DNA from: a virus
DNA: 64,000 bases
IMG/VR virus record: IMGVR_UViG_3300031851_000013
Coordinates: 7,616-71,615 of that record
Strand: one strand, 5' to 3'
A program made the position numbers and the translations under genes. The notes beneath the pieces are model-generated. The model did no database searches and was not told where the DNA came from. It was given only the letters and a program-made list of their open reading frames with translations. This document shows positions 28,683 to 38,700 of the stretch, piece after piece. Position 1 is the stretch's first letter, and each line of letters opens with the position of its first letter.

Positions 28683-29522
28683 TTACAGTTCTAACTCATC
28701 TCCGCCTTCAGCATCATCTTCAAGATCTAGTGAATCACCCCCTTCATCAGATGCTGCTTCCTCACCGGCTTCGTTGTCTGCCTCTTGACTATCCTTTTCA
28801 TTTTCGTACTCTGCCGTAGTTGGCTCCGGTAAAACGTTCGCCAACTCATCCTCAAACTTATCAAAATAAAGCTTAAGGTTCGTTAGTAAGTAGTCATAAA
28901 ATAATTCTCTGTCCTCATCTGCGGAAAGAAGATTATATGCGTCTACAATACTCTTTTCAATTCTCTCAAAAGCTTGGAACGCCATGTTACGACCTGTTTC
29001 GTCACCATTGGCACCAATACCAAACTGTTCCTCATCACTAATCTCTTCTTCTTCGCTTGAACCGTCAATGTCAATGAAAGCTTCATCGTCTGGGGATTCT
29101 ACTGAATCTTCCTCTCCGACATTCATCTCAATATCTTCTTGTTCATAAATATCAATAGCACGTTCTTTCTCTTCGTCGCTCTCCGCTTCGTGAGAAGCCT
29201 TTGTCGGAGCGAGTGCGTTCTGAACAGCATTAACAATATGAGTTCTAAAAGACTCCCTCTGTTCTTCCGAGGTGGTCAACTTTTTATAAGCTGATTCAAG
29301 CTGTGGGACAATCTTTTTTAGTAAGTCCTCAAGTACGTTAATACCCGTTGAAGTATGAGGTGCTTTTTCAATATCGGATTCCAAGAGTTTCCTAACGATT
29401 CCTCGCAATTGATTTTCTTGGGCTTTTTCCCTTTCTTGAGATTCATAAACTTTTTTAATAGTTTTTCTGATTTCCATCCTCAAGCGATATTCTTCAATTA
29501 ATTCGTTTCTATCAATAATCAT
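28683..29522 (-). CDS. Acidic protein, probable head scaffold/internal protein
   Basis: 279 aa, very Glu/Asp-rich; LRxxxRKxLE repeats. Confidence 0.55.
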   Translation of the reverse strand: MIIDRNELIEEYRLRMEIRKTIKKVYESQEREKAQENQLRGIVRKLLESDIEKAPHTSTGINVLEDLLKKIVPQLESAYKKLTTSEEQRESFRTHIVNAVQNALAPTKASHEAESDEEKERAIDIYEQEDIEMNVGEEDSVESPDDEAFIDIDGSSEEEEISDEEQFGIGANGDETGRNMAFQAFERIEKSIVDAYNLLSADEDRELFYDYLLTNLKLYFDKFEDELANVLPEPTTAEYENEKDSQEADNEAGEEAASDEGGDSLDLEDDAEGGDELEL

Positions 29523-29525
29523 AAT

Positions 29526-32471
29526 TTACATTCCCACATTGTAAGTCTTCTGGCTTCCGCCGCCGAAGTTATCTGTTTTAAAATCATCTTTTCGCATCAC
29601 GGTGATGATTTTAATAGTGTCTGGTCCTTTCTGCATATCCAACGCTGCAATAACGTTGAGTGCTGGAACCTGTCGTGATTTACCTTTCATACGAATATGG
29701 AAAGCTTCACCGTTTTCAATTTCTCCGTTAGCATAGTCATTCATAATTAGTCCCAAAGAACGGTCAACAGCCGAAACGATAGCATCTTTTGAGATTTTAT
29801 GACCGCCACGCTTATCTGTATGTCTAAACCTTCTCTCTTCACCATGCTTTGAAGGCATTAATTCCATATCCTCAATGTCCAGCCTGACCGAGCCCACTTT
29901 GAGCATTTTTGTCTGACCGCCAAAATTTTCATATCCTTTTTCGTTTAGAATTTCGTCTAGAATTCTTGAAACTACACTCTCGTCAACCATTGATTTATAG
30001 CTGACCTTTGGATATTCACGAGCAATGCTTAAAAATTCCTCTAGAGGTAAATTTACACGAATTACACTAATTGAATTTTTTGGTTCATCAACGTATAGAG
30101 CAAACCATCGGTGGTGCCCGTCTACTAGAAAATTATCTGATGTAACTAACACAGGTTTGGAACTAGCCAACTCATCTATAGATTTCTTGGCAAGCATTCC
30201 CTTGACCTTGTTTGTATTGATTTTTTTCTGTGTAGGTTTTAAATCATCAACCATTATCTGCATCTGCTTTGAATCAATTTGCTTGTCCGACTTTAACCAC
30301 TGTACAAAATTTTGCATATCGGTGGATTTAATCTGTGGCATTTCTTCTCGTGGAATACCAACATCTGTTTCTAAGTCCATTTCAAAGCTTCCGTGGTCCG
30401 AGTCTTCTTTTTCGTAAAGCTCTTCTTCATCATCGTTCCAAGGATTGTATTTTTTAGTTTTACCGCAAGCTGATTTGTTCACAGCAACAGCAATACCACC
30501 AGCAGCAGCAGTGTTCTCTCTCATGCTTTCTTTGATGAGGTCGATAATTAAAGATGATGATTCGTTAACATCTTTCTTTTCAGGTGTCAAGTCTTTCATA
30601 AGTCTTTCTGCATCTGATTTAAGAGCATCGGGCAAATATTCAGTGAAAGTTTCTAAATCTCCCGAAGAAATAGCAGATCTCATTGTAGATGCACTAAGGG
30701 CTTCACCAGTTCTAGTATCAGTAAAAGCATCTCCAGAGACATTAACAGTATATTCAGGTCCAGCTAAAACTGTAACCCCTTCTGCTGCATATTTTTGAGC
30801 CTTGTCGCTAAATCTACTATCATCTCCACCCTTATTTGATACACCTAAAACCACTGATTCTCCGGGCTGTGCATAATCTGGCTCGTTTTCTTCGTTTGCA
30901 ACAAATTTAAATGTTGCACCGACAGGAGAGTTTACTGGGGATTCAAGAACTTTTACGTTGTTCAGCCCTGCTGATTTGAGATATGGTTGCCATAACTGGT
31001 AAGCCATGTCAAACCCCATTTCTCTACCATCGTCTAATTTTCTAGGGAGGGGGCTCATGAATACGATTACACGCTTTGCCATTTTAGAATATTCAGCAAC
31101 CATTGCAAGGTGACCTCTATGTGGAGGCTTGAATGCACCCGGAACAACTGCTACATCTACAGTTGCACCATCTTCACTAATAGTTCCAAAATATCTATCA
31201 GTGTCTCTCTGATCTACGTCTTCTTCTTTCATCATTGCCGGTATATCGCCTCTTCCATACTTAAATAGTCCCAAAATCTGATTTATTGGGGCAAAATTGC
31301 CGGTAAATTTGTAAGTCTGCCCATCATAATCAAATACAAAACCTTCAGAAGCTGTAGATACGTTTTCTAGGTCTTTTAGTTTCTCCATTTGCTTTTTCAG
31401 CATAGCTAGAGCACCTTCGTGGCTAGAACCGCCAATTGCATCAATTGCAGTCTTCACTTCACCACGAAGTCTTTGAATTTCTTTACTGTTATCTAAAATA
31501 AAAGCACTCTGCAAACCACGAAGCATTTCTACCGAAAAATCGTGCACAATAACCTCTAAAGGCTGAATCGCAGCTTTCATTAGGTTCTTTTCATCCTTAA
31601 TGAGTGCCCTGATCGTTTCTTTGTGTTCTTTTTCAAGACCCTTTACCACTTGGGTGAATTTAACGCCTGCTTTCATCAATCTTTTGAGAATAAGGTTGTG
31701 GACATCCTCTCCAACCTCCGGAACAGTGCTTTGTACGTGAGGCGCAAGCCTCGCAATCATATAGTCGTTTATAGTTGCCTTATCAGCGAGCCCTGTGGAC
31801 GCTAAGAGAGCGTCAAGCGAATCAAACGCATCTTGAAGCGCAACATCGTCTTCAAGAGCCTCTAGCCGCCTCACAGCGTTAATCTGGACAGTATAATCAT
31901 CTTCAGCCGTAGCTTGTTGCATGGATTCCAATGCTGACTGTAAAACCTTGGCATTTGCGGAGACATCTTTGTCTGTTTTGCTTCCCGTCGCCTTATCATA
32001 CTCTCCGTGACCGACTTGGTGGATTACAAGGCTTTTTGTGTCATAACTTACAACATTGGGAGAGCGAGGATCCATAATTTCTGCATTATAATAAACTTCT
32101 GCATCGTTTCCGAAGATTTCAATCTGTGTTTGTGGATCTAGTGAACGAACTGCCTTCTCAAATGTTTGGAATGATTCTACAAAAGCTTCAGTCAACCCTC
32201 CACGACCTTCAAACTTAGCTGCAAGTTCTTCAGCAGTTAAACCACCCTGTTTGATGTTTCCTTTGTTTCTAGCTGCACGAGCATTACCATTTTTAACAGA
32301 ATATGAAATAAAAAGGTTTTGCCCGTCGGTCTTCTCTGTGCCTTCAAGCTCACCATTAGATGCTGCGGAGAATATTTCTTTAATTTTGGAAAAAGTCAGT
32401 TCACCGTTATCATATAGATGTGCCATATGACCAGCGACTCCGCCTTCTGTCAATAGTAATCTCGTACCCAT
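29526..32471 (-). CDS. Fusion: ligase-like nucleotidyltransferase + HIGH cytidylyltransferase-like + ParB-like domain
   Basis: TEKTDG/EGFVF/YKF; PGAFKPPHRGH...SASTMR; LKPTQ...LVDGHHRW. Confidence 0.75.
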   Translation of the reverse strand: MGTRLLLTEGGVAGHMAHLYDNGELTFSKIKEIFSAASNGELEGTEKTDGQNLFISYSVKNGNARAARNKGNIKQGGLTAEELAAKFEGRGGLTEAFVESFQTFEKAVRSLDPQTQIEIFGNDAEVYYNAEIMDPRSPNVVSYDTKSLVIHQVGHGEYDKATGSKTDKDVSANAKVLQSALESMQQATAEDDYTVQINAVRRLEALEDDVALQDAFDSLDALLASTGLADKATINDYMIARLAPHVQSTVPEVGEDVHNLILKRLMKAGVKFTQVVKGLEKEHKETIRALIKDEKNLMKAAIQPLEVIVHDFSVEMLRGLQSAFILDNSKEIQRLRGEVKTAIDAIGGSSHEGALAMLKKQMEKLKDLENVSTASEGFVFDYDGQTYKFTGNFAPINQILGLFKYGRGDIPAMMKEEDVDQRDTDRYFGTISEDGATVDVAVVPGAFKPPHRGHLAMVAEYSKMAKRVIVFMSPLPRKLDDGREMGFDMAYQLWQPYLKSAGLNNVKVLESPVNSPVGATFKFVANEENEPDYAQPGESVVLGVSNKGGDDSRFSDKAQKYAAEGVTVLAGPEYTVNVSGDAFTDTRTGEALSASTMRSAISSGDLETFTEYLPDALKSDAERLMKDLTPEKKDVNESSSLIIDLIKESMRENTAAAGGIAVAVNKSACGKTKKYNPWNDDEEELYEKEDSDHGSFEMDLETDVGIPREEMPQIKSTDMQNFVQWLKSDKQIDSKQMQIMVDDLKPTQKKINTNKVKGMLAKKSIDELASSKPVLVTSDNFLVDGHHRWFALYVDEPKNSISVIRVNLPLEEFLSIAREYPKVSYKSMVDESVVSRILDEILNEKGYENFGGQTKMLKVGSVRLDIEDMELMPSKHGEERRFRHTDKRGGHKISKDAIVSAVDRSLGLIMNDYANGEIENGEAFHIRMKGKSRQVPALNVIAALDMQKGPDTIKIITVMRKDDFKTDNFGGGSQKTYNVGM

Positions 32472-32472
32472 A

Positions 32473-32718
32473 TTATCTACCGCCCTTAGATTCTAGAAGT
32501 TGTTCTTCAAGCATTTGAACTTTCTCTTCTAACTTTCTAACATGTTTTTTAACTTCACGCAAGTGATTTTTTGCAATTTCTACTCTGCGTCTCTCTGTTT
32601 GTGTCTTGGGAGATAAACTTAAAATAATTTCTTGGAGCGATTGAATATAGCTCGCCAAAGAAGGAGGGTTGTGCCCCTCGCTTAAAATAAATCTCCTTGT
32701 AATATCATTTAAATTCAT
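32473..32718 (-). CDS. Small coiled-coil protein
   Basis: 81 aa; upstream TTAAAC-17-TATAAT at 32736-32764. Confidence 0.7.
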   Translation of the reverse strand: MNLNDITRRFILSEGHNPPSLASYIQSLQEIILSLSPKTQTERRRVEIAKNHLREVKKHVRKLEEKVQMLEEQLLESKGGR

Positions 32719-32769
32719 AATTTCCTCATCTCCTTATTATAACACATAATAAAATATTGTTTAAGTTAT

Positions 32770-35700
32770 TCAGTCGCCGTCATTGCTATAGCCGTTGTTG
32801 CCGTTTGGATTCTGTTCAAAACTATAGCCACTACCGCTACCACTAGAACCATTTCCGCCACTGCTGTCCGTAAGGGCAAAGGAACCGCCGCCTAAGTCAA
32901 GGTTGTGAACCGGCATATCGGTATCATCATGGTTGTTGCCGCCGCAGACGTAACCCTCATCGTCAAGCGAATTCGCATTTCCACAATCATCAATACGAAT
33001 TTTACCTAGTTCTAGAAGAGTTTTTATGTATGGAGCCGTGGGAGCCCCTTCCGTCCCTTCCACCCAAGCATTAAATACAGTTACATCAAAAGTGTATCTT
33101 TGTTTTGGAGGATTACTAACAGCGTTAGGGTCACCTGAATTACACTTCAAGGCTGCCCACTGTGCATCTGTAGTGTTATCCACTGCAACGGTTTCTGCAA
33201 TGGTTTCTCCGTTTTCTTGGACAACATCTTGGACAACATAAATTTCAGGAACATGCCAGCAGGAGATGTCCTCATCATTGATAATACCATTTCCGTCGCT
33301 ATCTGTAACGGGGTTACGATAAACTGCTTTTGGCATAAGTTCAACCATTTTACCAGCAAGGTCAGTTATATCGCTCTCAAAATCAGCCATTTTTTGACTA
33401 TAAGATTCCAAAGTCGGGTCTGCACACCAATCAGAGAAGAGACCATCAAGTGCTCCCTTTAGTGTATAGTGTGAGGTCACATATTCTGAAAAAGAACCGT
33501 CGGACTTTCTAGCAGACTCGTTAGAAAGAAGAAGATCAAACCAGTTGCCTGAAAAGTTATTACCATTCCAGTTAGAACCACCGCTGACTGCATCTTCCTT
33601 AATAAGCTGACCAGCTTTTTCCGTAAACTTGGTATAACTCCAACAGTAAGCTGGCAGTACGCAACTATCATCATCAATTTGATATTCTGCGTTTTCATCG
33701 TAATTTATAGCTTCTTGGTTCATACACCCGACAAGATAATTGTGAGTTTCTAATCTAGATATAATTCCAAATTGTAGTTGATCATCACACCCATCAATAT
33801 CTACTGTGATGTCATAACGAACTTCTTCAAACTCTGCTATGTGGTTAGTATATGTATCGCCCAAATATTGATAAGTATCGTCAGGCGTTGACTCTAATTT
33901 TTGTCTACTGTCTGAATATTTGCCAAACCGAATATTCAAATATCCATCAGGCAGTGAAATATCTTGTTCACCTTCTGCTACTCTACTGTTACTGCCAATA
34001 TCACATGTTATTGTGTAAGACTGACCTTTTGAATCAATAATAGCGTCTAAATTAACCCTGATAATACCACCTGAATTTTGATTAGCGACTGCTCCGTTAC
34101 TATTGTTTGCTCTAGGGAATGTCAAGGAACCCGCAGGTATAGTAATAAGAAAATCGCCAGCACTATCTGTAACGCTTATGCCCCCATTCACAACATTGTT
34201 ATAAATAGAATATTGAACATCATCAATGTTCCCCTGTAGTTCACTTAGGGCATTTGACACACTAACTAATTCCGGTTCATAACAACAATCATCATTGGTA
34301 GGTGTGTTTACTGATGCATCGTAGTTAGATGCAGCCGGATCATTACAACCAGTAATTACCGGTATGCAGCTTTCGTCGTCGGTGTTTACATCAACATTGA
34401 CATCATTAATGGGGTTAATGTAGTTGAATGCCGTCGGATCCATACAACCTTCAATAACAGGGTAGCAGGTTCCGTCATCCACATTTGCCTGTGCATTATA
34501 ATTAAATGCTGCATTATCTGTACAACCTAAAACCACAGGTTGGCAATCTAAGTTGGCGGGTTGGATGTTCGCACCTGCGAAGTAATCAACAGTATCTGGT
34601 GTTACACAACCGGCAATTAATGGCACAGATACGGTAAATTCAACATTGCACCCTTCTGTCACAGCATCAGCGTACGTTAAAAATCGCTCTTTGTTCCAAG
34701 CACCGACCGTAGCAACGACAGTTTTTGTAAAACCTTTAGCTATAGAAGCACTGGAAGATATACGAAGAGTTCCCTCGCCGGGTAATGGACTTTCATCATT
34801 CAACACATTTACTTCAAAATCACTGACATCTCCGTTTGAAGATATAAGAGTATATTCATAGTCTCTTGTACTTTCTTCATCAAACTCAAGTTCAAGGAAC
34901 TGGTGGAGTTCAACATCTAAAATGTCACTTGCCACAGCTTGCGGCGTGTGTGTTATTTCATCACTATTAGTTCCTGACCAAGTAAGTGAAGAATTAAGTT
35001 CTGGGATTACACAAGGACAACCAGTTGGTTGACCATCGCCTTCTTGCCCCTCGGAAAGAACCCATTGACCGTCATGGCACTCTCTATAATCTGGAGAGTT
35101 TAGAGAAATCCAGCCTATTTTGGAATCGTATGGCAAACTTGCGTCATACGATAATTCATTGTCCGTTGCGGTAAGCCAAAGACCAATGAGTCCAATCTGC
35201 GGCGATGGATTTCCGCCTGATTGCACAGGATAATTAAATGTTTGTTCAAATGTTGCAGAAATGGTTCTAGTTGAATCATCCCAAGCATAATTTCCAACAA
35301 CGGTTGCAGCATCCCAAGCAGGGGATTGCGATCCATCTGGTTCATATCCACGATACCTAAAATCTACAAAAGGTGGGTTTGTTGGGTTGTCGGAAAATCC
35401 GCACTCTTCGTGAAGTAACCAAGAGGCATCAAACCTCATCGTTACAGGTACTCTGTCCGGGCTGTCGTCGTTTGCGACAGGAGCGTTTATAATAACCCAG
35501 CTATCCGCAGCCACAGTTAGGGAAATTAAATCGCAAGGATCATTCGCCACATCAAAACTAACATTAACTGGGTTTGTTTCCAATAACGTTCCATCTTGAG
35601 CAACGCTCTTCACATTCACAGGTTGTGTAATACTACCGTGAAAGTTTTGGCTAGGTATAAATTCTCCGTTTCCTGACGGAAGGGTAGAAATTGAGTTTAC

Positions 35701-38700
35701 TCCTACCTCCAAAGGGAGCACCGTTTCAAACTGAAGAGATCTTGTTCCATGATGTTTGCTGTTTTGGAATGGACCAATGGTATTAATTCCAGAAGATACT
35801 GTTTCATCTAAGTTTGGAATCGCTTCAAGAGAAACTGAATATGTAAAACCGTCTCCAATCATTGAAGGTGGTAGTTCCAAACTTAAGCTTGGTACCCTGC
35901 CCTTAACGTTGTAAGTGCTGGTGGTGACTAGTGCAGGTTCATCTACAGTAATTTGCTCACCTTGTGAACTCATAACGGTCCACCTAAAGGTATATTTATC
36001 ATCTTCCACAGCCAACCACTTCTCATCAGTTTCATCTGGGGTATGACTGGAATATATACTGTATGTTCCACCGTTGTTATCGGTTGTGATGCCTAAAGAA
36101 AACGGTGTCTGTGTGTTGTCACCATTGTTCTCACCAACAACTCCGGCGTGAGAATAATCATTAGCAACTACCGCACCGTATGTTGTAGACGAGAACCTGT
36201 TGTCAGAAAAATCGTGAGTAAGGTCTAATCTTGGGCACGAGGGTGTAGTAAATGTTTGACTAAAAACGCCCCCTGATACAGTCGGGTCTACAATACTCGT
36301 CCAAAGTAGGACAATTTGATAACCCATACCAGCGTTCAATGGTATTCCAATTTGACTTAAAGCTTCGGTACCAATTCCAGCCGAGATGCTCTGCGTGTTT
36401 CCGTTTCCTCCGAGTTCCTGTAATTCCCATCGCCACTGAACCTCACACTCATTTAGTTCGTTTGTATGAGATAAATCAACAATAGATATAGTGTCATTTT
36501 GAGGATCACATCCGTACGGTTCTAAATTTACAATTCCGCCTCGGGGTGAACAGGGGCAATTAATAAAAATTGCTCGCTCACAAACACAAATACTTTCTGG
36601 GGTGAAATGTTCAATCCAGAACTGCCCATTCCAGTCGTTAACTGCACTTTGTACATAATCGTCACAAGTTGCTGGATAAGAATACAACAATACACTTACT
36701 GGAGTTTCTCCGAATTCGTTCGGATTTCTAATTGCGCAAGCAACAGTTTCGTCGGGTAATTTACCTACTCCTCCATAATATGGGATTGGTGCTCCGATAC
36801 CTGTATCAACAGTCCATACCCAAGACATATCACAAACGTTTTCTTCAGAGGTGGGTTGTAAAACGACGCAGCAGCATTCTGAAGTTCCGGCATAAATACC
36901 GTATTGTATAACATCACTAACTACAGTGGATCTTATAACCATTAATACTTCAATTCCGCCCTTAGAATCATCTTCCGAAAATCTTGTCTCTGCGTCAGAA
37001 ATGCCGGAATATAAACCGCCTATATCATAGTCGTTTGGTAGACCGTTTACAACTGCGAGCGCATCAACCATTGCGGTATAAGCGGTAACTAAAACACTAG
37101 ATTGTGTAGGGGTTAAGTCATAAATATCATTTGTGTCCACCCAAGCAAGAAGGTTTTCAAGCTTTTGATTTACGTTTTCTATCGCATCTCCGAGGGCGGA
37201 GTCGGGCGCACCTTGTCTTTGACCTTCTGGGTTTTCTCCCCCAATTTCATCACACCAACCATATGCTTCTGCTTTTGCGGCATCTAAATCATCCCACAGG
37301 ACAATTTGAAATTCACACCCCGTGTTGAACTCAATACTATCAGAGACACACTGTGACAAAACATCATCGGAAATTGAACTTCTAGCTTCTAGGGTGAAGG
37401 ACCAGACATTTGGATTTGGCGTATCTTCGTCACACTGAACTGGTAAGAGTGGTAATGTTATTTCAGACCAAGGGGTAGTTGGAGTTTTACCGAAACTTTC
37501 TACCGAGACTGTGGCTAGTTCCGGAATATTAACATTTGTGGCTGTAAAAATCCATCTATAATCGCATAGGTTTGGTGTTGGTTGATCATCATATTGCAGA
37601 GCAACAGAAACCGCTGCGTCGCAACCGTCAGGCGAGCAGTTATAATTATTGCTTACGCTAAAATCACATGGCGGCACCTCGTTTTCACAATCAGGAGTGC
37701 ACCTAAACCAAATTTCACTAGACCCTTCCGAACCGGGAATTGGATTACAATCACCCGCACAAATATCTTTCAGAGCTTCATAACAGTGTTCACCACTAAG
37801 ACCTGTAACAATGTCACCTGTCAAATATGAGCAATCTCTATTCCATCGTCCACAAGATGATTCACAACAATCTTCAAAAGTATCAAGAATATCACAATCT
37901 GAATTTAAAACATCATCACAGCACTCAACACAATTCTCGTCGGTTGCAGGGTAACTAATTTCTGGAGAGTTGGAGTTTTTACCAACCATCCAATTTCCAA
38001 AGTTAAACTTTGTTCTTGAAGGACTTTCTTTCAAGAGTAGGGGAAGGACGTTTAGTTGTCTTGTCATATCTGACCAAGCACTAAATCCGTTTGAAACAAC
38101 CATAGGGGTTGAATTAAAATACCTTACAATTAAATCAATAATGGCTTTAGCAACTAAGATTTGCTCATCCATTGTGTAGCGCATCGGATCTCCGATGTAT
38201 CTCTTATCATAAGGAAGTTTGAGAATTAGATAATCTCGGTGCTCTTCGTACCAATCCCTAAACCATTGTGGGATTGTTACACCACCGCACTCACCAATGT
38301 CTAGACAATCGGGCAGATCTGGGTTTCTACAGCAAGCATCTTCTATACACTCTTCAGGCTCGCTATCATCACAGGGATCTCCCTGAAAGAATCGCCCGAT
38401 TGGATATGGTAAAACTTCGTGTCTTTTTAATTCATTTCTTAAATTGTTCGGATCACCCTCTAAAATACTATAGCCTTCTTGCATAACGTGGAATATTCTT
38501 TTATTTCCAACATACTTTGGGTGAATCAATAATGGCGACAAGTTGGGGTCAAACAAAGATACAAACGAAGTATTGGCGAGACCGCAAAGAGCGACCCTTG
38601 CAACTTTTACACCATCGGCGTAAATATCACCAGACTTATCAATAAGGAGATTATTCGGTTTTGAGGAAAGTGAGATTGTACCTGCACCGTATGCTGGTTT

